Counted from the first letter of the whole stretch, positions 37,202-51,100 are shown. The stretch: 63,413 nucleotides of DNA, filler included, from Reticulomyxa filosa (GCA_000512085.1; 15 parts of 15 records of this genome joined end to end with filler, not necessarily neighbours in it), one strand, 5' to 3'. A program made the numbers and translations. Notes: generated from the letters alone by a model not told the origin.

Positions 37202-38632
37202 ATGTCCGCTAAGATGAGCTCAAAAAGAAAAAAGAATATTCGTGTCAATAAAAAACCAATTTCAGCTCAGCAATCATTGGTAAACTTCGTTGAAACTTTA
37301 GGAAAGTTGGTTTCTTTATGTTATTTATTGTGTGATTTGTGATTGACAGTTAGAAAAAATAGAGATCGAAATTGTGATTGCAAATTGGATTCGAATATCA
37401 AACATTAAATTAGGATGGATTCATGATTTTGATAAACTTGTTGTTAAATACGTTATGTTTTCTTGTTTTTTGTTTTTCATTTAATGCCAATCAAATGCTA
37501 ACTTATGATTATAGATAATAATGAAAATAATTAAACACAGATAACTACTTTCCTCACGCTTGGCATATTTCTTTCATCTTCTAAATTACGGAATACTTTT
37601 TGTAGACATACTGGTTATGTGTGGGGTATTGATTATTCGATAGTCGATGGCAATCACTTACTTTGCTCTGGATCAGAAGATAACACAGTTTGTGTATGTG
37701 ATGTTGAAAAAAAAGAACAAATCCGATTATTCAACGAACATCTAGGTCCTGTGTATTGTGTGAAATTTTCATCATATCATTGTCGTAACGTAATTTGTTC
37801 TTCATCTTATGACAAAACCATTCGTTTTTGGGACTTCAAACATAATCGACAATTAAAAACGCTCAATGAACATACAGGTTGGATTGGTTGCATTGAATTC
37901 TCATCATTTAATGGTGGTAGATATTTGTGTTCTGGATCAAGAGACAAAAATATTCTTTTATGGGATGTTGAAACATACAAAGTATTGCATGTTTTCAAAG
38001 GACATAAAAATACAGTTAGATGCTTGGCTATTTCGCCATTGCAAAGCTATAGTAGTAGCATTAATAACAATAAAAGTAATAAAATTGGTACAATTGGTGG
38101 AAATGGGCACACTATTTGTTCTGGATCATATGATAATACAATTCGTATATGGGATATTGAAACAACCAAACAATTGAACATTTTCAGAGGACATAGGGAT
38201 CAGATTATGAGTGTAAAATATGGATCAAATGAATTAGGAATTAATGGTGGGGCAAATACAGTATTATCTGGATCATATGATAAAAGTGTCCGTTTGTGGG
38301 ATATTCGATCTGGTCAACAAATCCAAGAGTTCTATGGGCACAAGTATGCCATTTTTACTGTTGAATATTCACCATTTGTAGGAAACAATATTGAAGTTAG
38401 TCGTAATTCAAACGTAATATGTTCTGGATCGGCAGATAATACTATTTGTTTTTGGGATATTCGATCAAATAAACAGAAATTATATGTAATCAAAGGATCT
38501 TATGAAGATAAAGGAATAGCATGTTTTAAATTCCTAAAATTAAAAACTGCAATCAAAAGCGCTAATAATCCTGAGCATTGTGTTAGTCTGTGTTATGGTT
38601 CATACAGTGGTTTTGTTCGTATTTGGCAATAG
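37202..38632 (+). CDS. WD40-repeat protein of a lineage-expanded family
   Basis: Seven GH/EH..WD repeats in 37619-38632, preceded by small exons including EIEIVIANWIRISNIKLGWIHDFDKLVVKY. Confidence 0.9.
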
Positions 38633-40388
38633 TATTATTTTGCAACAATAAACAATTGTATGATTTTCTTCAGTCATATGAAATGATGTACTTTTAAAAA
38701 ATACTAGTTCTTTTGCTTTGTTTTCTAAAGTAAAAACTATTTTCGAGCATATAAAAGGATACAAGAGATTACTTCAAATTTCGTACCCATTTACAAAAAT
38801 TCGGCAAAATCAAGTTGCAACCGGTTGTCAAGTTTAATCAATTAGACTATCTATGCCTCTGATTATTATTGTAATTATGTACAAGAGTTTATGTGAAAAG
38901 AATTTATAAACAAAATTACCGAGTTAAAGTCATAGTATCTTTCCTCGGGGAATAGATTTTCATCTTTCCAATCCAATTGCACTTTATTTTCTCCGATGTT
39001 ATTGACAAGATGCATCTGTCTGTGCAAATCCAATCTCAAACATAAACTACAAGCTTTCCGTTTGCATTTTGCAAATTTTTTCTGCTTGAATGAATTTTTG
39101 CTTCTGCAAAGCGCAAGATCTAAAAAAAATCATTTCCTTTTAAAAGAGTAGCAACACAACATTAGTGTTTTCACTTTTTCAGTGTGCAATTGCGATTGCA
39201 ACTCTTTGACAAATTTAATAATTTGTTCAATTGAAATTAATTGATATGATTTATCCAAATGATCTTTCATTTCCTTTATAACTGCATTGGCTTTTGCGCT
39301 CTTTTTCTCCTAATATTGTCTCATCTTTTTCAAATCATATTATCGAGGACAGATTATCAATAGGTCTGAAATTTGTTGTATTGAAATGAATTACATTTTT
39401 TATTGCAATTATTTTATGCATTGTTTTCTCCAAGATTTCTTGTGAATAACAACAAAGATAAGAAGCAATTGACACCAAATGTTTTTGTTAATCACATAAC
39501 ACAACAAAGTGAATACAAATGTTCTATGTGGACGTTTGTTTGAAACCAATTGTCATATAATTCAACAAATTTATAATTTTCATTTTTTAAAAGAAAGCAA
39601 ATAGTCATTTGTGCAAAGATTTAATAGTCTTTCCTGTTGTTGCAAAAAAGAGTTTAACTCAGTAATCTTTTGTTGTATTTTGAATTTGGACATAACAAAA
39701 GGCTCTTCAATAAAATATAAAAAGTCACATAAATATGTTATATATGTGATTACTTTTCTCAAACAATATTTATATCCATTAATTTATTTTCTTTGAATTC
39801 GATTTGTTTCTTTCTCCTTATGTTTTGTCATTTCGTTTGTTATTTTATTGTCCAGAGTCTCTTTGTATATTCCATTAGGTGCAATTTTGGCGTTCAATCA
39901 TTGAATTTCATTGGTATGAAATGATTGTTGAAAATATTTATCATATAAATAAGTGCATCTCTCCAAATAGAACATTCAAAAGCAAATGATTCAATGTATC
40001 TCTTTCTTTTTCTGCTGTTTTCAACAAAATTACAAACATGAAAAATTAAAAAACATCACAATGACAAACAAAGCATTTTTTTTATTCCACAATCATATAA
40101 TAAACAAATATGAATTGCACACAACATCAAATTAACTTTCAAAAATCTTGTGTCCCTTGTCTAACGAAAATATGCACTCTGTTGAGTGTAATTTTAGTCA
40201 ATTTTTAGATTATGTTTTGCGCAAAGACATTGACTGTTTAGAATATTTCCATTTTCTTGATTATTACAACAAAAAGCATTGAACAAGANNNNNNNNNNNN
40301 NNNNNNNNNNNNNNNNNNNNNNNNNNNNNNNNTTAATTAATTAANNNNNNNNNNNNNNNNNNNNNNNNNNNNNNNNNNNNNNNNNNNN

Positions 40389-43300
40389 TCTTTCTCTTTT
40401 TCTTTTTCCTTGTCTTTTTCGTTTTCTTTTTTTTTTGGAAGCTCTTTCGATTTTTCTTGGCTCAGTTGGGACTGAGACTGAGAGTGAGGCAGAGATTGAC
40501 CGGTCTTGCCAACACTTTTGGAAGAAAGAGTAGACGTTAAGTTTGGAACAGAGGCATTCGCGGCGATGTTACTACTAGTAACAGTGGCTGTTGTCGCAGC
40601 TGCACTTTGCAATGGCTTATTCGCTTTGGTTTGTATTTTAAGAGTTTTGGGATGGAGTTCCGTTTGTACTTCTTTCACTCGACTTTTTTTGTCTTTGTCT
40701 TTTTCTTTTTCTTTTTCTTTCTCTTTCTCTTTGCTCTCCTTTTCCTTCTCTTTCTCTTTTTCTTTATCTTTGTCTTTTTCTTTATCTTTGTCTTTTTCTT
40801 TGTCTTTTTCTTTTTCCTTCACTTTTTTCTCTTTTTCAAGTTCCTCTCCCTCCTCTTCGACACCTACTTCCTTTTCTTGGTCTTGGTCTTCTGCCCCTTT
40901 AGACTTCCCTCTTGATTTCCCTTTTGCCAAGTTGACACTAACAGCGCTGTCTTTATTGCTTGTATTAATCTTTTCATCGCCTTTGTCTTGTTTGTTGTCG
41001 GTTTGCATGGATGCAGGGTTTGGAATGATACTGAATCGATGATGTCTGTACTCGCTCTCGTTGTCGTCATCGGAGTCAATTGGTTCCGGCGTTGGCGACA
41101 TTGTATTCAATTTTGCGCCAAATGCGTCCAATGACACCAACAATCCATTTAATCCATTTATGTCTCCTATTTCATTACCCCCCCCCCCACAACAACAACA
41201 AATAGTTATATGATTTTATTGTCAAAATAGAAACACAAAAAGATAATGTGTGTCAGTAACCTCTTTTTACAGTTAAATTGTTGACATTGGCAGCAGGAAA
41301 GTTTTGTTCACTCGGCGTGGAAGCACTTTGTTCATCAAATTGGCTGATGACAATGGAGGGATTTATGCTGATATCGCGACGCGCGCTCAAAGGAGGTTTC
41401 TCTTTTTCTTTGTCTTTTTCTTTGTCTTTGTCTTTATCTTGCTCTTGTTGTTGTTTCTGCAATAATCTGTCTTGGTCGAGTAGTCTGTCTTTCCTGTACT
41501 GTTCCATAAGTTTGATAGGCTCGTCGGAGTTGCCCATAGGCGAATCTTCAAAGGGAAGATGTGGCAGATCATCCATGACAGAGAAGCGAACATTATGCAT
41601 TCCGCTTCCACTTCCACCTCGCTGTATAGTCGGTGCGAGTGAGGTTTGTCTTTTCAATGGCGCTATCTCCGTCATGTTGAGCGAGGGAGTTCTTTTCTGA
41701 CCAAAGTCAGAAAGGGACTCTCTGGTGGGCACATGACGATGCTGTCGTTCCTGTTCGGCCTGCTCGTGATTCAAGTATACCAAGTCGTTGACCATCACAA
41801 GCAAATCATCTCGTTCCGTCTCTATGGCCGCAATAGCTTCGTTCAGACGCTGGTTCTCAACTTTCAATTCATTCGTTTGATTTTCCAACGCGTTGTTTTG
41901 CTCCTCCAGCACACGGTTGTCGCTTTCCAATCGCGACAATTTACTGGACAATGTTTCTTTCGCTGACACTTGTTCCAGCAATTGCTACATTCAACCAAGC
42001 GAATTAGAATGAACACAAACTGAATATGTCGACAGTGTTTACATATATACACACATATGTATATTAAAACCTTGTAAATTTCGTCTTTGTTATTTCTCTC
42101 CGCGTCTAATTTATCACTCAGTTTATTGATATACGCATTCATGTCGCTCACTTGTTGGAACGTGTTTTTGGACGCTCCTTCTTTTTCCAATTCTTTTTTT
42201 GAGACTTGGCTTTGCAATTCCGCCTTGTCTGCACGCAATCTCTCGACGGTCAATTCCAATTGTGCAAATCGTTCTTTCCATTTTTGTTCGTTTTCCAAGT
42301 GTTCTTTGTAGCGTTTGCTATCGCCTTCATGAAATGGCTGATCACACACACATATATACATATATATACATATATATACATATATATACATATATATACA
42401 TATATATACATATATATACATGTATATATACAACTAGTTAACACATACACACAAAAACAAAAATCAACTGTAAACACATCTTCTCCAGAAGTTTCCAACA
42501 TTGTCAAGCGCATGCTTCGGTGCTCCAAACGACTTTTGAGTGACTCGATTTCAATCTTTTGCATTTCGACCATATTTTTTTGTGTTTCGAAATCCGCCAA
42601 TTCGATTTTAAATTGCTGTCTTTCCCGTTCAAATTGCTCTTTTTCCGTTTCAAAAAAAAATTTGTCCCATCGAGTTACATTTTTTTCAAATCGAACTTTG
42701 TATTGCATTGCCTTTTTATACACATATACATATACATATACATATACATGTATATATATATATATATATTGTCTCATTCAAGCAAATAAAAAAAAAATCC
42801 AAACTTGCAATTCTGTTTTTTTCTTGTCGTAATTCATTTGTTGGACTTTCGCACAGATTTTTTGAAACAAATTGGACTCATCGCTTTGGGCCTTTTGCAA
42901 GCGATTTTCCACTTCGGTCAGTGCATTTCCGGCCTTTTGTACGACATTCAGTTGTACCCATTGTCGATTTAATTCGTGTTCTTTTTTTTGCATTGTAAGT
43001 TCCCGTGTGCGTACTTCTTCCCATCGTCTCTTCAAATCTTGGCGAATAGCTTCGATGTTTATATCGGAAGGAGGCTGTTTGTTTGCGCCGAGCATAAGCC
43101 CTATCCACAAAAAGATGTATTGCTTCACTTTGTATAATGATTGATATATACAAGTAGATAAGATTTTTTTTTTTTTTTGTTGATAAAAAGTACACGCAAA
43201 TACACAAACATGGCAAATAAGTTAGTTGTGATTTTTCTTTTTGCAAGTGTCGCATAAAGGCCTGTTGCTGTGAGGTGATTTGTTCTTTCATTCGTTTGAT

Positions 43301-43570
43301 CCCTTTGAACTGTGTGTTGACATGTTCATTGAACGTGCTCATTTCGACAAATAGTCGTTGGCAATGGGAAAACAGCTTGGCTCCTTTTTTTTCAAACTCG
43401 ATTGCGATTTCTTGTTTTTTTTCCACGGCGATCAGCTGTTCTTTCACCTCTTTCTTTTTCGCCTTCCAATACGTTTCATTCACAGAGTCCCAGTTTTCTT
43501 CCATTTGTTCATCTAGTATTTCTTTATATGCATCTTCGAGTAGCATTTTTATTTTCTCACATTCCTTTGT

Positions 43571-43575
<5 letters not shown>
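40389..43575 (-). CDS. Internal multi-exon fragment of a long coiled-coil protein with KEKD-rich tail
   Basis: About six heptad-rich exons in series with GT-AG introns; both ends open. Confidence 0.8.
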
Positions 43576-43608
<33 letters not shown>

Positions 43609-43718
43609 GGGGGGGGGNNNNNNNNNNNNNNNNNNNNNNNNNNNNNNNNNNNNNNNNNNNNTTAATTAATTAANNNNNNNNNNNNNNNNNNNNNNNNNNN
43701 NNNNNNNNNNNNNNNNNA

Positions 43719-43749
<31 letters not shown>

Positions 43750-43795
43750 TTTCAAAACTCAACTCTTGTTTTGCTGACAAATCAAAAATGTGCAA

Positions 43796-45122
43796 ACATC
43801 CACCATGCAACCTCAATAGTAAGAACAGTGTACTCTCTTTGCGAATGTTATAATCAGCAATTGTGCGACTGTTTTCGAGATTTCTCCCGGCGAATACAAG
43901 TCGAATGCGATCAGCGGGGAAACTATCACCATGTTCATATTCAATCCGCTCTTTCAATTCTTCTATCATCATTGAGGGCGCGACGTGAATAGTTAAAGTT
44001 CGACCGGTCAGTGTTTTGATAAATCTGATACAATCGGGATTGTTTAGTTCATACCAATTTTTTTTTTTTTAAAAAAAAATTTTAAAATATGTACGTATAC
44101 ACATATATGTATACGTATACGTATACATATAAATATAATGTGTACATACAATCCCATGCCTCCACCGCTCGATTTATATTGTTTCTGCAATTGTTTTCGT
44201 CGTTCTTGTGCATTTTTTTCTTCTTGAATTTTTTTTTTTTCATCCTCAATTTCCATCTCTTTCAAAACTCGCTCTTGTGAACCTTGGTGGAAGTACGTAT
44301 TCCAAAAATCGACCCTCGACTTTGCGTGCTTCCCAAAGGCGAACAGTCCGCAGGTCTCTTTGGCAGTTCCAAGAAATGGAATCAGGCACTGCTGTACTAA
44401 GTCGGCTGGCATTAGTCCAAACTCCGTACATGCATGAGTCACAGTCGCAAGCATTTTGTAATAGCTTTCCATTGTCATCTGCGGAAACGTATAATAGCAA
44501 GGCTTTGGTCCCTGTCCAATTTCATGGTTTTTTACACTCGCTTCGTGCAAAAACTCGGGCAAATTTCTCTCATATTGCAACTTCAATTCTTTATTTACTT
44601 CCGTTTCAAGACCATAGCCCCCTTTTATATTTGTTGCATATTGTCTGCTACCACTTTCTTCATTTTGTATTAATACTCACACACACACACACACGTACAC
44701 AAAAAGCCACCTGTGTGAAAGGTTTCGGAAATACACGTTTCAAAAAGCTTGTCAAAAGTTATTGCTGCACTCCATTGGTCTGACAATATTCTTAGGCACA
44801 ATTCACCCATTTTTTTTACATTCATCACATGTGGAATGTTCACAAATTTTGCTTTTGGCGCTGCAAATTGGTCCACAAACATTAGCTCCATTTCATACAC
44901 ACCCTTTTCATAAGGAGTCCCTTCGGGACCCTGGATCAACACTTTCCATTCTTTTGTCCAGTCTTTTGGATCACTTGGATAAAACTTTTGCACTAATGCA
45001 AGTTTTTGAGAGCTGCTTTCCCAAGCCTCGTATTTTTTTTGCAACCATTCCGGTGACATCTGAACTTCAATTTTACCGCAAAGGAGGAGGTTCTTTGCTA
45101 CGAACAGTTTGGAAGTTGTCAT
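43796..45122 (-). CDS. E2 ubiquitin-conjugating domain fused to a C-terminal ubiquitin-like domain; continues beyond contig
   Basis: WKVLIQGPEGTPYEKGVY..PKAKF..PHVMNV..GELCLRILSDQWS (Cys 44796-44798). After an intron comes EVNKELKLQYERNLPEF, a linker and SSGGG. Intron 44025-44149 then joins MGL-FIKTLTGRTLTIHV..IRLVFAGRNLE..YNIRKESTLFLLLRLHGG-C. Confidence 0.88.
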
Positions 45123-45435
45123 AACTTTTGACCAAAAAAACTGTGCTTTACACAAAAAAATATGGATTTTACGTTTTCAGCTCTTTCTCTTTACACCCAA
45201 TCGGTTTTCTAAGAGCTAAGAAAATAATTCTTATTTTTATTTGGAAAGTCTATGAAGAGTATTATCTGAAGTGAATAGACACTACTTGTACTGTATTTTT
45301 TTAATGAAAAGTATGATTATTTTTAATTTTGGTGAATATCAATACAAATCCAACTTAAATGGTAGTTGGTCTAAAGAAAACTTAGTTTTTTAAAAGTCAA
45401 AGTGTTTAAAACAGGGGCAAAATGAAAAAAATAGA

Positions 45436-46111
45436 ATGAACTCTCTCCATTGTAGAGCATCTTCTCCTAAAGTTAGCAAAAGTTTTCCAACAGTATTGAT
45501 TCATAAATATTTTTACCAACAAAAAAAGCCGGAATTTTCTCAACCCGTTTTATATGATACACATCCCAATCCAAATCCTTACGAATACTGGCAACGGTGG
45601 GCGCGTCGTAAAGGTATCCGCACACCAAACCTCGTTGGTGACCCTGAAAAAAATGATCTCAGAAAAGTTGACAAACTTTCACCCCATTATCAGTACCGAG
45701 AGCCAGAAAAGCCAATCGAACAAGCATACCGTTTGGTGACAGCAGGGACAGGAGTGAGCAGTCGGAAACGACTACGAGATGGTGTGAAGGAGAGTAAAAA
45801 AAAGGCAACAGCAGAACCAAAGTAATAGCTGACGATCTGACAACAGAAAAACACATTAAAAAGCAATTGGAGTTGTTGGTTCGGCAGTGTAAATCACTAG
45901 AAATAAGCGAGGTGGAATTGGCCGACATAATAAAAATATCCAGAAAATTCCAGAATCTTCTGGACCTTGCCGATTCATTGCAAGACCCCACGTGCGCCTT
46001 CTCAGCGTTCGACACGGTGTTTTTTACATATCACAAATACGGCATCATGGGAGTTAAGGCATTCAATCAAATGATCGGTCAATGTGAGCGTCGCGAGAAG
46101 TACCCTCAATG
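45436..46111 (+). CDS. 5' part of a probable mitochondrial PPR-like protein
   Basis: Basic/Ser-rich N-terminus; frame restored across the A8 run at ~45796-45803; VKAFNQMIGQCERR is PPR-like. Divergent from the E2-Ubl gene. Confidence 0.5.
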
Positions 46112-46299
46112 GTACGTGCATGTGTTTTAAACAAATGTAAACTAAGTGTAATAACAAATAAATATATACATATACATATATATATATATATANNNNNNNN
46201 NNNNNNNNNNNNNNNNNNNNNNNNNNNNNNNNNNNNTTAATTAATTAANNNNNNNNNNNNNNNNNNNNNNNNNNNNNNNNNNNNNNNNNNNNTTGTAAA

Positions 46300-46870
46300 A
46301 GAAGTTTAACCCACTGGGGGTTCCTTGGGTCCTCCCGAGTTCAAGACTTTAGAATAGGGACTTGTACTACAAGTTAAAATAGCAAATCGTTATAAGAAAT
46401 AGAACAAACAAAAACAAAAGAAAGAATTTTACAACGACCAAATACACGAAAGTAATTAAAGGAAAACATTAAAGTTAATCAGTTAATATTAAAATTTGAT
46501 TGAAAAAATTTAAAACAAATTTTTTGCTTGTATAGATTACAAACTTGGCACTGCTGCAGTGTAGTTCTTAGAACATTAATATTATATCAAGAAATATGAA
46601 ACAGTATATTTCACAAAATATGATCAGAAAAATATGATCTTTGGATAATAATCATTTAATATAACTTTGACAATAAGTAAACAATATAAGATATTTCACG
46701 TGATAATATTTATTCAGGTTTGGTTGCTGCAGTGTTAATTTATCTTTGTGAATTTTTTCTTGTTCTGATGGCTGAATGTAATGAATTGAGTTTTATCGGT
46801 CGCGAGCAACATTTTCAATCTATTCGAACAAATGGATATTAAAAAAAATCATTTCAGCACTATTTATAAT
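46300..46870 (-). mobile_element. Non-LTR retrotransposon (LINE) RT C-terminal relic with putative 3' end
   Basis: KMLLATDKTQFITFSHQNKKKF..VKYL (RT domain 7/thumb), and a terminal hairpin motif shared with 58794-58868. Confidence 0.6.
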
Positions 46871-46959
46871 CGATATTAGCTTTTGTTAAAAAAGTCGTAT
46901 TTTGAAGGTGAAACGTTCTGAACATGTCAGATACACCAACATTTGAAATTTTTGAAAGA

Positions 46960-47500
46960 GATTTTGAAAACTTTCATTCAAAATTTCGAGACTAAAATAA
47001 TCAAAATTTTTCGTGAATGTTGGAAAGTACCAAGGAAAGAAATCAAGATAAAGCAGAAAAGAAGAGACTTTTTTCAGGGAAGTGCTAACAATAAAGCCGT
47101 TTAACAAGGCTTTGATGAAGTTAAAAGACAGTCAATTTTTGAGTTTACTACAGAGTACTGTTGCAATTGATTGCTTAGAGTAAAATACTGTTAATTGAGA
47201 TATTAACTCTTTTGCTGGAATGGGGCTTATGGGAGAAGATCAAACCTTGCTTAAGAGTGCCAAACCTTTGCCAAATTTGCAATTTTGCAAGGGAAAGTGC
47301 CATAAAAATCATATTGCTGAATGTCCAAAAAAAACGCAAAGTTTGTAAATATTGTGGCCTGGCCAATCGTGAAGAGGTAAAATATCGTCACAAGAGCAAT
47401 GCAGAAACACATAGTTGCGTCTTGTGAAGTAAACAACATCCAAGTGACTAAGTACAAGAGAAAAGCTTGAGACAAATAACAGGTTTTGTGATTGGAGAAC
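46960..47500 (+). mobile_element. LINE ORF1 gag-like relic with three zinc knuckles
   Basis: CKGKCHKNHIAEC / KVCKYCGLAN(R)EEVK(Y) / HSCVL*SKQHPSD, a degenerate triple CCHC array. Confidence 0.65.
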
Positions 47501-47899
47501 TCCGAGGGTCGGGTAATTTCTACCACTCGCTGATAACTTTTTTTGTCAAAATGAATTTTTTTTTTCCAAACGTTGTTATCTTTGAAGTAGATTGAAAAAA
47601 AAAAAGAAGTAGATTGAAGCAACTAGATACTGCAACATAGCAGTATCTGAAAGAATTTCGAAGATGCAACTCAAAGATTTTCAACGATTTCGTCAGGAAA
47701 CAAATTATTAAAAATTTTTTTTTGTATAGCAACGCTACCACAATCCAAATCACAAGTGAAATTTTGTCATCGTTGGATCTTGATTGCATTTATTGTGAAT
47801 CGCAAGAAAAAAATTTTCAAAAATGATTGTAGTGGATAGTTTTATATAAACTTTTCTTTTTCAACATTCCAACAAGTTTTTTGTTATTCTTTGGCTTCT

Positions 47900-48133
47900 A
47901 GTCATGACTCACAAGCTGTCTGGGATATAACAAGAAATTTTATTTGAAAAAATACGTACGGGAATGTCGTATCGTGAGGCTGGTCAACAATTTGGGATAA
48001 ATCATGACAAAGCAAAAAAAGTTTACCTCAGCAGTGGAACGATTACGCACAAAAGAGGCTCTGGATGTCCTAAAACGTGGACTGATAGAGATGCGCTTAA
48101 TTTACTCTGGAGAGGCACAAACAGCAGTAGATT
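47900..48133 (+). mobile_element. Tc1/mariner-IS630 transposase N-terminal HTH relic
   Basis: GMSYREAGQQFGI..AKKVYLSSGTITHKRGSGCPKTWTDRD (GRPR-like linker); cut by the contig end. Confidence 0.7.
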
Positions 48134-48399
48134 NNNNNNNNNNNNNNNNNNNNNNNNNNNNNNNNNNNNNNNNNNNNTTAATTAATTAANNNNNNNNNNN
48201 NNNNNNNNNNNNNNNNNNNNNNNNNNNNNNNNNTGCAAGACAAACATTGGCATGGCTTTGTGTTGATCAAGGGGAAAGACATTTGCTGTATCATTGCAAG
48301 TCCTTTTATATACACATAACCATATATACACGTACATGTTATATACATATATGAAGACAAGTGGATATTTGAAAGCACGTACACATACACGCACACAAA

Positions 48400-49537
48400 G
48401 AAACTGATGGAAACAACACCAGAAAATGGACGTCGTCTGACGATGAAAAGCAATGCGGCGATTGCAAAAAAAGCCATGATTGGAGAATGAGAAAGATATT
48501 GTTCAAAAAATTTTCCAAAGTAAAAGCAGCAAAGACATTCCAGATTGTGTGAATAACATGTTATTGTTATTGCCACAAAGCAATTGGAATACGGAATTGT
48601 TCGATGCTTGGCTGCACGTCTTGTTATTAGTGTTTTTATTGTGGACAAAATGCCAACAGTTGATTGGACAGAGACACATTCCAAAGACTGCAAAAATATG
48701 TATCTCTAAGCGTTTTGCGACAGTGCAAAGGAGCGAGAACCTCGAAAACAAGTCCAAATGGGTAATGACGCGAGAACAGTGAGAAATCATTGTTGACGTC
48801 ATTCTGGCTGTCTGTAAATGTGTATGATATGCGAAATGTGGTGATCAAGGCGGCGATTGGTAGTAATGACCCCAGTCTTGATTCCAAATGCGTATACACT
48901 AACAAAGATTTCTTGCAAACTTTTAATGACCAGTTCAATGGAGCAAATAAAGAAGAAGCGTGTTTGGCGCATATGGAATGGGCTATCGAGACATTCACAC
49001 AACATTGTATTCTATGGTCTGAAAGATTACTTCTTCAAATATTGCTGATCTTATTGCAAGTTTGAGAAACAGCCATCAATTTTTTAATCCGGCTGTGTCC
49101 AATTGTATTTTTTTCTTCCCAAATTTGTGTCTCTTTTGAGTTGGGAATCCAATCGACAAATCAATAAATAATATACTTATGTGGCTAATTTTTTTTTTTT
49201 TTCCATGTAATTTTGTAAAGGCCTTTTCCGCTCGGAATTGATCAAAATAACGACTACGACAAAGCACTTTTTGACATTGCATTTTAAGATCATTATCGAA
49301 GAGGAAGAGCGCAGAAAAAATGAGATACTTTGTCAATGAAAATTTCGTGGTCATATCGAGCAACGACGGCGACATGCTTAATCGCAAATTATTGTTAGAA
49401 CATCTCTGTAATGTCAAATTGGAGCAAGACATAGTCTGCATCCTCATTTCTGCATTTGCTTTGCCAGAGCTGCAATATCACGCTATTCGATGGCTAAAGA
49501 CTTCTTCTGGTATTACTTTCCGAATTCAGCTGCAGGT
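48400..49537 (+). pseudogene. Disrupted helical protein coding region, family unknown
   Basis: Successive coding-like frames (48480-48782, 48790-49065, 49320-49537) broken by stops and frameshifts. Confidence 0.4.
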
Positions 49538-49820
49538 GTGATAAATATTCGAATAGAATCATTTCACATGTGTACACAAACACACGCATGTATGTATACG
49601 TATATATAATTTTTTTATACCCTTTCTTGGAAATATTAAACAATTTGTTATGTCCCCCCCCTTTTTTTTTTACAACAGTTTTGGAATAATTGCTTTTTTT
49701 TTTTTGTATCAAATGTAATTNNNNNNNNNNNNNNNNNNNNNNNNNNNNNNNNNNNNNNNNNNNNTTAATTAATTAANNNNNNNNNNNNNNNNNNNNNNNN
49801 NNNNNNNNNNNNNNNNNNNN

Positions 49821-49948
49821 TAAAATCGGGAAAAGAAATACAAAGATTCAAAGCTCATTCTGATGCGGTTGGAGCGATAGATATTTCACCAAATGATCAA
49901 AAAATTGTATCATGTTCTATTGATGAAACAATTAAAATCTGGGGATGA
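49821..49948 (+). CDS. 3' end of a WD40 protein
   Basis: KSGKEIQRFKAHSDAVGAIDISPNDQKIVSCSIDETIKIWG*; same subfamily as 54574-55440. Confidence 0.85.
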
Positions 49949-50599
49949 AACAAAGTTTACAAAACAAACATTGCATTCCAAATGGACTTTTTCTTTTTTG
50001 ATTAATTTATTCCTTTTATCACAATTTTCAAGCTTTTTTTTATAAGTGAGAAATCTACCGCTCAAAAATTAGTTGTCCTTATTGTTTATAATGTTATGGG
50101 ACAAATAACCACTTTTTTCCTTTTGCAAAATAATAGGAAAATTCACAAACATTTTATTGTGGAAATCTTTTGAATATGAAACTTGCAATTTAAGCTGTAG
50201 TTGCCATTATCCATCGCTTGACAAGTTTGTTTAGCGTAAATACTATCTTGCTGTTAAATTATATTTTTGACTTAACATATATGCTGTCTGTAAATAAAAC
50301 AATAAAAAATAAAAAGTTAATCAAATTAGCCATATAACAACAGCAAAAAAAGGGAAATAAACACAAGAAAATTAACTTTCAATGATATCGTGTAAAAGCA
50401 CATTTGCACACAGCTTCCACATAGAGAGAAGCATTTTAAGACAAACTATTTCTGAGATATTGCAGAATCTCTTTATCTGATTGCAGTTCTTTAAATTACT
50501 GATCATTTTTATTTTGATTCAGAAGAAATATTGTCTTTGACAATGCATCCTGTTGTTCTTTTTATTTATCTTGTTTTGAGTGTTCGATATTATACAAAA

Positions 50600-51100
50600 A
50601 GCAATAGCAAACAGACATAAAAAAACAATCTAAAACATTAGTGTTGATTTGCAATGAAAAAGATATATTCCATTATCTCTTTTACAATATATAATTCATT
50701 CTTATTTGATCAAATATCTCAAAAACGAATTGTATTATCAAATGATTCACAGTTGAATTACTATCTGCTATTTTTTATACAATGACAAATGTTCAGTATT
50801 CATATAATTGGCATGTCCATTGAACACTCGAATTTGTTTACCAGATCGAATATCTCGCAACAATTATATCCGCAACATATCCAGCGTGCAATTAAATTTC
50901 AATTGTTGATTGTTGAAGTCTCAAAAACAAGTCGTTTTATCAAGTGGTGAAGAACAAATGACATTGCGACGATTGTCATCAAGATTATATTGTGAAAATT
51001 TTGCACAATGCACAATTTAGATGAAAAACTACCAAATGTGAGACATTCCTCCATATATTCAATTATCTTCATGTGTTGACAGTACGATATTTTTATCATC
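50600..51100 (-). pseudogene. WD40 family pseudogene
   Basis: Relics such as ICSSPLDKTTCF, DIRSGKQIRVFNGH and SFDNTIRF parallel the 37619-38632 gene, with stops and deletions. Confidence 0.7.
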
